Positions 14,001-29,300 of a DNA stretch of 64,000 nt are shown here, piece by piece. The translations under genes and the position numbers were made by a program. The notes beneath the pieces are model-generated. The model was not told the DNA's origin, ran no database searches, and saw only the letters and a list, made by a program, of their open reading frames with translations. Source of the DNA: Proteromonas lacertae (taxonomy: Eukaryota); assembly GCA_002245135.1 (NCBI GenBank), contig NGBS01001164.1, positions 1 to 64,000 of the forward strand, given 5' to 3'. Position 1 is the stretch's first letter, and every line of letters starts with the position of its first letter.

Positions 14001-17000
14001 CTCTATTATTCTTAGTGAGGAATGGCTCCATGAATATTGTACATTCCTTTGTAGTACATCCGAAGAATACTACCATATCAGATAAACTTGAATAATAGTC
14101 CAGATAATAATCTATAAGCGGTGATTCTATAAACGTAGTTGTCATTCCATTCAACATATTGTTATATTTATTCATTGTATAAGACATTCCTCTAAATATT
14201 TGACTTAAATTTTCTGAGCCATCATCTATAAAGACAAATACAACCATTTCTCCAAGATTTGTACCATAATACACATCACATTTTAGTTGATACAAAACAT
14301 TATGATTATAATGATAATAAGGATTTGCTTCAATGATATTACCAGATGTGTAAGCTAATTTAACACCTAACCTATTGGTGTTATTATAAAATCTTCCAAT
14401 TCTGATAGTTCTCGATATATGATTTGAATAATCTAACAATATTAATCCTTCTGGAGCTTCATATTCTAAAATAATTGGATCATTACCTATTGCTGTATGA
14501 GTCAAATAAAAATAAAACTCAAACATATAAGCGGCAGTAAAAGCAACAGAACTAACATTTGAAAGTTTTAAATAACTAAATACTGATTCATCAGTCCAAA
14601 TTGAATAATAAGGTAGATGATATTCAGGATGATAATTACATACAAAGTGATTATTGATTAAATATTCTATTGGATATTGCAAAGATGAGAAATAATCCAT
14701 ATTAATATCAAATATTTCATATTCAAATTCACTATACAATTTTGAATATCTATATAGCTCACCATAGAATTTTAAACTATTCGTTCTATTCAAATCTACT
14801 ATTAAAGCACATTTTGTATTTCTTAATCTAATCTCATCAAATATAACTCTATATTGTTTTTCATTAATATAATAAACCTCAGCATAATCAACATAATGCG
14901 AATTCATTGCACAATCAAAAAACTCAGATGAATACCATCCCTGTAAACTATCATCTTTATCAATGATTAAGTTAGTATTTGTGATTTTTGAAGAATCAAT
15001 AAAATCTCCAATTGTTACTACCTTTTGATGAAGTGGCATTCCTAAAATAATGAAGTTCTTATTATAACATTCCTGATAAGTTGTATCATACACATACAAA
15101 AATAATGTTTCTGTACTTTCCACTGCTTTTGATATAATTTCTCTTGCTCGTAATGATGGATATCCACCAAATATTGCAGTTACTTTATTATCAATTAATT
15201 CCTTTATTATACTATACAATTTCTGCATATCATCACCACAATCATAAGAACTGATGATATACTTTGTGTCATATGACAAAAAATAGGTAAAAAAGTCTGA
15301 AGATAATGTAAAAGCATATGCTACACTTGAATATATATCTTTGTATTTACCAGTAAAAGGATGAACAAAAGCAATACGAGTAGTATATGGAAATAATACC
15401 TTTTCAGCATTTTCATCACAATAATAAAAATTGTCATGATAAGTTATTGAAAAAGGATGTGGATAGTAATTATTAGCTTCTTCATTAAGTTGAACCAATT
15501 TCGTTCCTTCCTTATTGTAATATCTTATAATCACTTTTTGAGAAACATACAAATCATAAGTAATTGAAATAGAACCTAAAACAGTTTCATAATCTCTTAT
15601 TAGTGTTATTTCTTTAATTGAATTAAACGATATTGTATTTTCACTCAAATAATTTGAATATAATATTTGTGTTAATGCAAACAAAATAGCACTATTATCA
15701 TCGTATAACATTTCCATTCCAAAATAACTTTGAAGAAAATGAATATAACTAACAGTAAGAGTAAATGAACTCCTAGGATAAAAGTTTTCTAAATATAACA
15801 CCCTATTGTATACAATTGTATCTCTCAACTGTAAGTAAATAAATTCTGGTGAATTTTTAATCAGCATATAATACAATACATTATCATCACTTAATAAGTA
15901 TTTATATCCTAATCGAATTAATTCTTTATTTAAATTATCATCATCCACTAGTAATACAATTAATCCACCATATGGAATATCTCTTCTAATACCTTCGAAT
16001 AAATGGAAAATCTTTAATGTTGATGTATCAGAGGATGAAATTCTATATATCAACTCAGTGATATTATAATATGATAGTATCTTTATCACCATATCTATAT
16101 AAGTTACAGAATATTCACTATCATCTACAATAAAACAAATTGGTTTATCCCATTTCTGTAAATGTATAAACAAAGACATTATTTCTTGTGATGCTATACT
16201 TCCACCAAATATTCTAATATTATTATATAAACAATATATATTCTATACATATTATGAGGACACATTTCACCTATTGTTTGATATGGATATAAAAAAGGAA
16301 CATCTTTGCCAATTAAGTAAGATTGAAAAAATGTGATACATTCTTCATAATAACAACCTGCAATAGATGAAATAGTATAATTATTCAGATATTCATCTAA
16401 AACACCTTTATAATCATTAAGTTTCAATGGAGAATCATATTGTAACATCAAAATTCTCTATTGCATAATATTATTATGATAAATATATACCATTGTTACA
16501 TTGTGAGTCAATGACATATTATAAGTTGCAGATACATAACCTTGTAATGTAACAAAATCATGTAAATTATCACCATTGTATAAATACAGTAAATAGTAAA
16601 CTTTTGATTCTACTAATTCACCAAATTCACATCTATATACATCATCGTTCATCAATTCATTATTGGGATTTCTTATATCAAAAGGATGAATCATATTTCC
16701 TTTATTATTGAATTTTGTATTAAATAGCGGAGATATTAAGTTAGAATTTGTCCTATGACTTAATTTAAATTCTTTATTTATAATTTGAATTACATAAACA
16801 TTACTAGCTATGCTTTGAGATCTAGTAAACACAATACTATCTTTTGCACTATCTATCAATAGGTTATTTTTATTTCTTATAAACTGTATTGATGAGTATA
16901 AATCAAGAATATAGGTGTGAATATAAAATGAATTATTTACAGCGTATGGAAATGTATGGTTAAAAACTTCAAACTTTCTTCCATAATCTTCAAACGCAGT

Positions 17001-20000
17001 ATGAAGTTTAGTATTACTTTGTATATTTAAATTATTGTGATATGTTGAGATGATATAAACATTATCTAATTTGTCTAAATAGTGCAATACATCTGCTTCA
17101 TCATTCTTCACTATAACGAAAGTAACATCAGATAATAATGGAGATATTTGAGCATTTGTACCTGCTTCTAGTGTAGAAATAAGATATGATCCTTTACATT
17201 CTGCATTAATCTTTGGAATAGTAATAGTCAGAATATCATTATCTGAATAATAAAATAAAATGTTAAATCTAATGTAAAGTACATTTCCTTTTAAATGTTT
17301 GAGTAAATTCTTTGAATAACTATATAATATAAATTGCTACTTAATTATACATATCATCATAACCAATTATACATAAATTCATTTCTTTTCTTTCATACAG
17401 CGCTGTCAAAGATAATGTAACATTATTTATTCCAGCAATTGTCTGTTCTAATGAATCTCCCATCTATTATTAATATAATATTGATATAAATACATTTATG
17501 TAATTAGAATAGCATAATTTTTCAGAATAATACCAATAATTGACAACTAAAGAATCTGTGTCTTTTATATCATCTTTAAATTTATACATAAATTCATCTC
17601 TATAAACATATAACATAAATCGACATGAATATATACGTTAATGGAAGTATAAGGTAGGATATTTCACTTTTAATATGGTTAACTGTATTGAATACATTTT
17701 TCATACAGTTATAATCATCAATTCTACAAGAATAATAAAACAATTTTGGAAGAACTTCATTTATTCCCATTATAAACATGTCTTGAACTAAATTAAATAC
17801 AGAATAATAGAAATAGAGTGAATTCTCTGTTTGATGTGGAAATATTATATGAACATAAGCCATAGGCATAATACTTATCTTAGACTCTAATCCATCACAT
17901 TTTTCAATGGTTTTAGATGTGAAATTATAGTCATAACCATAAGTATTTTGAACAAATGGTGAAGTAACTATTGTTTTAATGTTATAATCATTATTAGTAT
18001 TATCAATTAAATAAAGAGATGTGAAGCCCATTGTATAAAAATTACTACCAATTGCTGTTCCATTTGCTTCTACATCTTCAACAGTAAAACAATGCTTATA
18101 CTCGTTTGAGTAATAGCTTGTACATCTCTTTATTGCATCAATTATCATTTTTACAGCATTTTTACCTATTCTGTAGTCAATTGTATATTTTGGATCGAAT
18201 TTTATATAATATTTGATGGGAATTACAGATTCATCAACGGGATTGTTACTATTCATTGAAATGAAATAGAAGTTATTAATATTAATCTTATAAGCAAAAT
18301 ATTTATAAGGTGATGAATGACTAAATGAAATGAATAAACTCAAATTTGGATTTCCATCATATAGTTTAAAAAACTCATATGAACATTTACCTTGAGCTCC
18401 ATGTAAGATAAGATGAACTATAAACAATATAAATATTATTATTATTATATATATACCTTTACTTTCTGCTTTTAATATATTCACAACTTCTTGAGTATTT
18501 GACAAGTCTTGTTTTAACTGATAGTACCTTACTAGATATATAATCATATAATCACTACTCTCAATCATATTATATAAATAATCACCATATCTTCCTTCAG
18601 AATAAACTACATATAATATTTTATAATCCAGAGTTTTAGGTATTCTATTATAATCAACAGAGATGAAGAAATGAAATTGTGAGTATATTATAGAATTGAG
18701 AAATACTACATGCGAATTACATATATTACCTTCTGTTTCTTCAACATCAAAAAGCAAAATATCCAATCTATCAAGAGTTGGTAGTATTTCAGAAAGTAAA
18801 TCACTTTCTATTGCTGCGAAAACTGTATCTAATTTGTACATAGATGAAAAGTTATTTAACTACATAATATAATAACAAAAACTAATTAAAATACTAATTC
18901 ATTTAATTCATCTACTGAATCTGGAATTGTCTTTTTTATAATCCTCAAAGTATATATGTTTTCACTTTTAGAGAAATATGTAAATTCTGATGCTATTACA
19001 TCCAGTGAAGATGCAATTCCATCAACTTTTTCATTCATATATTCACTGTACAGAATAGCTACATACTTTACATCTAATGTTTCTATATTACATAATTCTT
19101 GATGAGTTATATTCGATATTATTGGTGAATATGATCTATCATCTAAATCAGAATATACATTAAACTTCTGAACCATATCCAATTTATTTGCATTATTTAC
19201 TTTAAACAGATAATAATCAGAATAAAAGAAGTTATTCTCACTAAAATATAATATTGTCTCTGGAGTAGTAACATTCTTTCTATATTCCTTCTTTATAATA
19301 ACACCATCATAAAATACCATTTTATCAATACAATCAAGCCAATGTTTCATCATATAATATGTCATATACAGTGATATTGATATTGTATCTGAATCACCAT
19401 ATTCTGATTGATATAATTGTGTAAATTCTGATGATTCAATATCTTCAACATAATTCATAAATAAATAATTACTTACAGCATTTGCATTGGATGAATATAC
19501 ACTTTTTACTGAATCATCAAGTGAATAAATAACAACTCCATTAACACTTTCACTATTTAGTTTATTGAGTAGATTATCAGTGTCTGTTCCTATTAATGAT
19601 GAAACAATACTTCCTCCATTTGGTAACATTTGCTTGATTTTACTTACAGCATCATCTACAGAAGTGAATGTGATTGATCCACGATATTTAACACTTTTAA
19701 AATTGTAATTATTTGATGGGAGAAACAAATTATCAAAACCATCTGATAAATCACTTTCATAATTCAAAATTACGGTATTTCCATTCAATTGTGACAATAA
19801 CATATGAATTTCATGAATGAATGTACCAGCATATATTGAGTATTTACTACACTGCATGTTTGTATAAATATCTGGAATTATAAGCAGTACTTTACTATCA
19901 AGATTCATGTCATAAATTTGCTCCCGACATAGAGGATTTGAGTATAAAAATAAAAGATGTAGTGCTTTAGAATACACATAATCTGCTACAGTCTTACATT

Positions 20001-20214
20001 CATTAGCATTTGTTATATTCTTGTTTATAAATATAAAATTGTTACTATTTGATTGGTGTGTATGATTTGAAAATGCAAGATTAAAGGATTTATAAATTAA
20101 CTCTGACATCTTAAGATATGAAGGTGTAACATCAAGTACAACACCTACATTGATATTTTGTGTGATTAATGCTGATGAAAAAGTTAGATATATAAAGAAA
20201 ATTAACAAATACAT
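8068..20214 (-). CDS. Giant class C (GABA-B-like 7tm_3) receptor with ~9 tandem periplasmic-binding-protein type I (Venus flytrap; UrtA/AmiC-like) modules, ~3,900 aa
   Basis: Signal peptide MYLLIFFIYLTFSSA at 20214. Co-oriented ORFs 18886-20319, 17600-18841, 16458-17111, 16194-16451, 10318-16179, 9123-10091, 8355-8831 and 8068-8250 are separated by intron-like gaps (18860-18894 and 8369-8406 checked in frame). Repeated motif G(G/C)xxS..L(F/L)Y....xxC.xN. The 7TM region has KRKSKIIRRAFPVFCILVII, CIGQ...LFIKIFKVHKVL and FRLRNADPEFNESMSI, followed by a Ser-rich cytosolic tail. Confidence 0.85.
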
Positions 20215-20366
20215 AATGATAAAATATAACCGTTTCGTAACTATAAAAATGAGATATATAATGCTAAACCGAATAAAATTTGTTTTAGAGGATAAGACCA
20301 AACAAAAATATTGTAACAAATGTATATAGATTAAAATAATATTTACATAATTTATTAATCGCTATC

Positions 20367-23300
20367 TTACTCTACTTCATCCAAGTCGCTATTAAATAAT
20401 AATAATAATAATAATACTCCATCATATCCTCCTTAATAGCCTTCTTGATCAACAAATGCCTAACCAATAAACCAACACCAACTCCAATCACAAGTAAAAT
20501 AGCAAGCACTATCAAGGCAATATATCCAGGGTGTAGACCTTCATCATCTTTATGATATTGAACATCTGAAAAAGAAACTTGTACTTTTGTTACTGGTTCA
20601 TACAGCACATTACTACGTATTAGTTCATCTACAATATAATGTATAATAATAATATATACTTTGAAATTCTTCACTAATTAAATAACTATATGGATTGTCG
20701 TTTAATACATTACTTACATTATATCTATCATCAATAATAAACCGAATAGATAATGTTAAAGTATCACCATACAAAGATGTACTTGCAATAAGAACTTCCT
20801 CTAATGGCATATGCAAATTATCAGATACTATTTTTCTTATTGCCATTTCAGATTCATGATCATATATTGATCCTGTAATTATTGGAGAAAAAATAACTTT
20901 GAAATTCAAATTAATCTTTCCTTTAGCTGGATTTGAACTTAGTGATACACAATCAGATCTATCTATTTCATTCCATATTGGAGTAATATCATAATCATCA
21001 CCACATTTTCTCTTCTGATAACCAGCATAACCTCCATTACAATGAATTATCGCATAACTTCCTCTTTCAGTGTAATTCCAAACACCTTCAGCTTCACAGA
21101 CTATTAAATCAACTCTCAGTGTAAATGATGTATTGACAGAACCAATTGTATTTTTACCAATCACTGAATAAGTTGTATTTGGGTATGGAATTAATGGAGT
21201 GCCAACTAAAGAACCATATAATGGATCAAATTGAACACCATCTGGAAGATTTGGACTAATATAATACTTCCTAATTGAATTAATTACTGTTGGTTTTGTT
21301 TCATTCATTGTCACATTTCTATACAAGATTATTGGTGATTCATAAGTTAAATTCATTGGAGGTAATGCTTCACATTCTGATCTATCTATATCAGACCATT
21401 CAGGTTTATTATTCATCTCATTACGAATACAATCTCTCTTTTGAAAACCACTATAATCTATTCCACAATGTATTAAAGCTTTATTACCTATCATTGTTCT
21501 TGGCCAATCATCTGATTTTAAACATGCTACATCTTCTATTTGCATATATAAATATGTGAAAACAATTTCTATTCTTCCATTAACTTTATATTTTGAATTA
21601 CCTGCTGTTATATTAAACCATTGCCATCTCATTGAGCTTTTTGGTTTTCCTGTTATTTCTCCTGTTATAGTATTGAAGATTAATCCATCTGGTAAATATG
21701 GCTTTATTGAGAAAGAATCAGCATATCCTTTAATAATTGGAGCTGGAATATTAACCTCTTCATCAACATATAAATCAACATTACTTGGATTATAACTAAT
21801 AGCATAAGTTGATCCAGGAGTACAATCAGTTTCATCAGCTTCTTCCCAATAAGGATTCAATGAATCTTCACAATCTCTATATCTAGTTCCAATATAACCA
21901 GGAGCACATGGAATAACACATTTTGTGCCTCTTTTTGTTTCTATCCAACCATCTTCATCAGGTAAACATATATCCCATAAACTCATAACAAATTGTAATG
22001 AAGTTAAATGAATAATTGGATCACTATTTGTAGTGTCAATCACATCAAATAATATCTCATTGAAATATGTATTTATGCTACTTAATATTATGGTTGAATC
22101 AACTGTTTCATAAACATATCCTTTTTCTTCATTGATTGTTGTATATCTTTTTGCTGTATCATTTTTACCATAAATCACCCAATTATTTGGTGAATCTTCA
22201 TTCAATTTGGCTGTACTAATTATCATTTTATTCATATAAGATGCTCTTCGGAAATGACAATATATTTTCACTTTATTATAACCTTGTAAGTTGAATGTAT
22301 TAGAAGGATTATTATCAACCAAATTATTAGCATTTGTACTATCACTTTCAATTGATGAATTACATTTTACACCTTGAATCAATGAAGATAATCCTTCTGT
22401 CACTGTTACTTGCATATCAAACTGTAAAAATGAATTAATACTCTTCTCTCTGTATAATACAACACTTATACAATTCAAACCATCGTTTATATTATGCGAT
22501 ATTAACAGATCAACACCTGTGAATTTTACACTTCTTTCTCCTATTATTACATCATTATTATTGATTCTATCTCTCCATACTTCTATACCATTCATAAACA
22601 CTTTGATTCCTTCTTCATATTTGAATGATAAATGTAATGAATTATAACTCAATATACCAATAAGTCTAAATTCCTTCTTAAAATACATTTTTCTATTTTG
22701 TAATTGTGGGAATGAATATACAGTTCCTTCTTCCCAATTTGTTTTATCATAATTCAATTCCAGCCAATCATCTTCTGGCTCATTGTCTAAGTTATAATAA
22801 CTGATTTTATCACCAGGTATTACTATATTTGATAAAGTGAATGAATATGTTTCTTTTTCTTTAAACAAGCTAAATGTATGTTCTATTACTCCTCCTTCAT
22901 ATTTTATATATACTGGATTACTCCATCCGTTTGATTCACCTTCTAATGTCAATTCATAATTACCTTCCACTACACAATAATAATCAGTATATAGATGATT
23001 ATTCTCTTTATAATTAGATTCATATACTTCATTTGTATCTTTATTCACTAATTGATATTTCTCATTAATAATGTTTGTTACTCCAGTTTGATGTTCTATT
23101 ACTACATAAAACTTTGGCGATTTACATGTATCAACAGCTAACGCTAATGATTTACTTGAATTACCAATACTATTATACATTGTAAGTGTGTATTCTGATT
23201 TAGGGAAATAAACAGTTGGATTTCCTTTAATAATACCAGTTAAATTATCTAAATACAATCCATCTGGTAATTCTGGTTCAATAGTAAAATGTGATACACT

Positions 23301-26300
23301 GTTCTTATAAACTGGTTCAATTGGAGTAATTTCACTATATAATTCTACTGAGATATAATCAGTTTCATATTTTTCCACTTTAAATCCAATTAGTGAAGGA
23401 TATGGTAATTCTTCAACACCTATTTGAATTGAACTATGAAATTCTCTGTTGAATTTATCATTTCCATAAATCGTATAAGTTTTTAATTCTTGAATCTCTG
23501 TTGGAGTTCCTGTAATAATACCAGTTGTTTCATTTATAGTAAATCCTTTAGGTAATGCTGGAGTTACATAATATTTAATTAATCCATTAGTTCTTTTGAA
23601 TATAGGAGTATTTGGCACTATTTCTTCGTTCAATGTATAATAATTTAACAAATATGTATATGTTAAATCACCTATATCATCTGAAAACAGTGTCTTTGGA
23701 GCAATTTGTGGAGTTGGTTCACATAATTTATTTTGATATGTCAATATAATTCCATGATTACCAATTAATGAAAAATAATCAATTTTCAATTTATAAAATC
23801 CTTTTGCTCTAGCTGTATTGCCATCTTTATATTCATTTGTATGACATCCACTATTATCAACAATCACAGTGTCATCATCGACTATTGTTAATGTTGATCC
23901 ACTTGAACTTTCTAAGCCAAATATCCATTCTCCACTGCATGCTAAGTATATATTTGTATTCCAAACTACCCCAATATATTCATTCAATGATGCAGCAATA
24001 CCTTTCCATGCATTCTTATCGTTCATATTGAAATTGATATTCTCATCTATTCTTATAGTCTTTATTTTATTATCATCATAATGAGGCATTTCATCAATAT
24101 CACATACTGTTGAATGCAACTGATAATAAATTCCAGTCAAACCATAAAAGATATGTTCATGAACAACAATATAAATAACAATACTTGAACTTCCATACTT
24201 ACTTGAACCTGTTAATGTATATTTCTCATAACTTACTTCACTTGATTTTCCACTTATTTTACCAGAATTTTTATCTATTATTAAACCACTAGGTAAACTT
24301 TCAGCTATTTCATATGATGTAATTATTCCTCTTGTTACTGGTAATGAACTTTCACAATCAATTCCAATGAAGCAAATCATATCATCAAACTCTTCAATGA
24401 TTGGATAATTTACACCACATTCACTACTATCTATTATATCCCATTTACCTAATTCAGGTTGATAGATATTATCATTTGTTAAACATCTTCTTTTCTTCAT
24501 TGCAGTATTTCCTATTCCACAATTCACTGAAGCTGTTAAACCAACTTGTGTTTCTGGAAATCCTGAATTAGCTTTACATTTCTGATAATCAGATACAATA
24601 GTCAAATCAAACGTCTTTGTTGTATCTTCAATTGCTTGGATTGTTATTGATGTTTGAGTTTTTGCATTTACAATTCCAGTTATTGTTCCATTTCTATATA
24701 TTTTCAAACCATCTAATAATTTTCCTTTTGTCACTTCAAAGTTTGCTTGAACGATATTTCCTTCATAATATGGTCTTAATTCACAATATATACCAATATA
24801 ACATGATAACTGACTCTTTTCATACTCAAATCTGATTGGATGTTCTTCGTGACAGTTTGATATTTCTTCTGACCATTGTGGTGGTGATTGTAATAAACAT
24901 TCTCTATATCTTACTCCAACTAATGGCGATTTACAATCATTAATGTGCTTATTACCAACTTCAGTTTCTGGATAGTCATTATCAATACCACTACATTTTA
25001 ATTTGATGTATTTAATAGTAATTGGTGATGATTTTATTGATCCACCTGGATAATATCCTGTTACTACATGAGACTGTTGATTGATTATAATATCTTCATT
25101 TGGTATTTTTGATATAACACCATTCAATTCATTGAATTCTAAACCTGGTTGTAATGGTGGATCTATTGATAGATATTGTACTTTACCTCCACTGATTGTT
25201 ATTGCTTCTGATGGTTCATTCTCTATACCAATATTAAAACTAAATTCACTTTTTGAATAACTGATTGAAGTAGCATAACTTGATACTATTGAAATACTCA
25301 AAGTAACAACACTTGAGCCAGCTTCATTAGTTACAGTAATATTCACTTTAACATCATCTACCAAATCAGTTGGCTTTCCACTTATTATACCATTATTTTT
25401 ATCAACTGCTAAACCTGATGGTAGATTATCGCTTAATGATAATGATTTAACAATATTCTCAATTTTTGGGATTATTGGAGTAATTTGTTCGTTCTGTTTT
25501 AACACAATTCTATTATGTTCATATTCAATCGTTGGTCTTAATAAAACACAACCACTCTCATCTTCACTTGTCCATTTTGGTGGAAAACCATAAAGACATA
25601 ACATCCTTCTTTTTCCACTATATCCATAATCACAATCTGCATAACTAAAACTACCAGATTCTACACTATTGAATTGACCTTTCGTTGGACAGAATAATAT
25701 TTGAACAACAATAGTAAATGGGAATGCAACTATTGCATTAGAATGAGTTGAAATTAAATTACATTCAGTTACAATCTGTGAAGCTTCTCTTTGAACATAA
25801 CCAGAAATTGTTCCATTATTAGTAAATAAAACAATACCATTAGGTAATATACAACTAACATCATATTTATCAAATCCACCATCAGTTATTGGCGTATAAC
25901 TAACAACTTCATCATAATAGAAATACAATACATTACTTTCATAACGACTAATTGTACCTGGTAATTCACAATGATTTATAACATTTTCCCAAGTTCCTGT
26001 TTTACTACATTTACGTGTTCTATAACCAGCATATCCTTTTGTACAAGATAGTGTAACTGTATTTGATTGAAATGTTTCAGGCCACTCTTCATTAGCTGGA
26101 CAACCTAATCTATATTGATTCACAGCATGTAATTCAGCAGCTTGAAAACCAGAAGTATCAGCACCTCTCACTGATATTAATTCATATTTGTATGTTTCAA
26201 CTGACCTTTTAGTATAAATATCATAAGAATATTTTGATTTTCTTTCTACTGAATCAGGTATAAATGACTGTAGATGTTCTATTTCAAACCATTCTGGATT

Positions 26301-29300
26301 AGTCTGATCATAAGCACCATACAGTTTAAATGATATTGCATCTCTTTCTTTATTGGATGATGCTATTCCATACACCCAAGTATTAAAACCACATATCTTA
26401 TCAGGCCAAGAAAATGTTAATACTAAAGGATTATTATTAACATTCAAATCTGAAACATAATATTTTGTATTTAAATCATTATCAAATGAATGTGTAAGAA
26501 TATCACTATTACTATCTGAAGAGTGTGTTGATTCAGAAATCATATTATTAGGATTTGTTGATGAATATATATATGTTTGAATTACTGAAGTTGAACCACT
26601 ATTCCAATGAATTGATGTTAATACAACTTTGAATGGATCTTTCATCATTGCTGATTCATCTGTATTGACTATCATACTGATTGTATTTGTTCCTGATATT
26701 AATAAACTACTGATAATTTCAACAACAATTGTTTCAGGATTAAATATACACTGTCGTGTTAGTTTTCCATTCAATGACACATATCTTCTATACACTTCAT
26801 TATCATTAACATATAATATGAATGGACAATCATATCTTATTTCACATTTCAGATATTGCATTTGAGTTAGATCACCTGGAGCTTCAAATGATTTACGATA
26901 ATAATATTTATGAATATCAATCTTTCTTAATGGGAATAAATTAGTAAAATATTTATCCCAATTTGACTCGCCAAAGTTCATATTCCAACCATCTACAGGT
27001 CTATATTGCGAATATTGCCATAAACTTTCTTCACCAATTAATACTTCAGGAACTACCAGTAAATATGTTTTACTTTGGGTATATAAATCAAGTCTTTGAT
27101 GTAACAAAACATCATCGTTATAATAGAGAGTAATAGAACTCATTATATCCCATGCACTATTGATTGTACTACCAATATCTACATAGAATTTCTTTGCATC
27201 AGTACAATATCCTTTCCAATCTTCGTCATTATTATACACACCTTCATAATTGACTAGTTTATTACCAAATGAATCTTGTACTTTTATTATCATCGTATTT
27301 CCACTTTCTCCACTATTTATTCTTACTCTTAACACACCTTCTTTACTACACTTTGTTGTTGTAAATGATAATATCACTGTTTCACTCCATCCATAATCAT
27401 TAACAGCCTTCACATTGATATTTGTTGATATAAAATCAATTAATGATTGTATTGCTATACATCCTGTTTCATTATAGAATGTAAAACCATTTGGAATAAA
27501 TTCTGATTCAAATACAAAATAAGATGCACTATTCTTTATTGTTGGACATATAAATAATGGTATTCTTAATGTGATAATATAAGATTCTTTATCATACACT
27601 ATAATAGGTCTATCATTATGAATTTCATAAGATTCTAAGAAATTCACATTTCCATCTTCATATTTATTATATCGAATCAATTTATGATTTGCTTGAACAA
27701 CGTAATAACCACCATGTAAGGAATGACTTGACAATTTAAATGTAAATATTCCATCATCTTTCAAACATTTCGTTATAGAGAATGATGTAAATGGAGATGG
27801 TAAAGTTAAATGTGAAGTTTTTGATATTGAAGATTCTACTTGAAATTCTAAATCATTATTACCTGGAATTAACGACACTCTCAATAAAGACATTCCTTCA
27901 CTACAATCAGTTATTTCAAATTGAATTGGTATTGATTTTGTACCACTTGGATTAACACATATAACATTATGTTGCTTGGAATAAGATTTATAACCCATTC
28001 CTTCTATATTACCATTATTACTATTAAAAGTAAATGGAATTGGTAAATCTGGTAAAACATAGAAATAATAATTTGAAGAATCAGTATTTGTATTGTAAAT
28101 GATTGTTGGTGAGAATTTGTGATGGATATTTGTTCCTATTTGAATTGATATTGGAGGATATGTAAAATCAGGAGGTAAAATATATTTTTCAATTCCAATT
28201 GTTATTTTAGTTTTAACTAATAAATCAGTATTCATTTTTCTGCTGTATAATATGACTGTATATTCTGCTAATGATTGATAAGTTACAGTTGGAGTTCCTG
28301 TAATTATACCAGTGAATCTATCAATAAATAATCCTTCAGGCAATTCTGGAGTTATTGAGAATATAAGATCATCATATATCTCTAAACTATAACTAATAAT
28401 TGGTTTTATTGGCTTTATTTTAACTTGAGAAACGAATGTAACTATTTCATAATCATAATAAAACTCATTTGGTGGTAAATGATAGAACTTTGTATCAACT
28501 TCAATATCTTCATTATTACATGATATTTCTAAATCAATAAATGGTAATTTATCTTTATTCATATTCTTACTAACTATATCTATCAGATGATAACCACTCT
28601 TTAATGGTAAGGTAATACTGTACTTATTTTCATAACTATTAAGACATAAAACTACTTTACCATCAACTTTAAGTGTAGAATCAATAGTTGAATGTAGATA
28701 GAATACATATTCCCCAAATGCATTTGTATGGATAAAGCAATGCCATTTATAGTAATCTACTTTAGAATATTCTAAATATATTCCTTCTATCTTATTGAAG
28801 TAAAATGGTAATTCTCTATATTGTCTTAATACCACACTATCATTATTGTCTTTATTATTATATATTTCAAATATTAAACCTTCTTTAAAATATTCTCTGT
28901 TCTTATTATTAACTACTTGAATATTAAACTCCACTTTTATTGTTGATAATTGATTCTCAGCAGTAACTGTATATTTCATTGACTTCTTTTCTTCTAATGG
29001 AATACCGCTGATTATACAATTATTATCAATTATCATTCCATAAGGCAAATCAGGAGATATTGTACAACTCTCAGGAGTTCCAATTAATGATAATGGAGTA
29101 ATATTAGATCCAAAACCAACATAAAACACATACTGATATCTTTCATATACTAATTGCTGAATTGGTTCATTGAAATAATAGAATGCTGAATCTGGAATTG
29201 CTACTCCTTCATTTGAATCAGATGATACTATTCCTGCATCTATATTTTCCCATCTTATTCTTATACTATTCTCATGAACATCATCATCATTTTCATCATC

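Noticed and set aside
20389..20417. Poly-Tyr tail (YYYYYYY) on the giant protein
   Set aside because: It is an (ATT)n-rich 29-nt GT-AG intron; the spliced tail reads MMDDLDEVE*.
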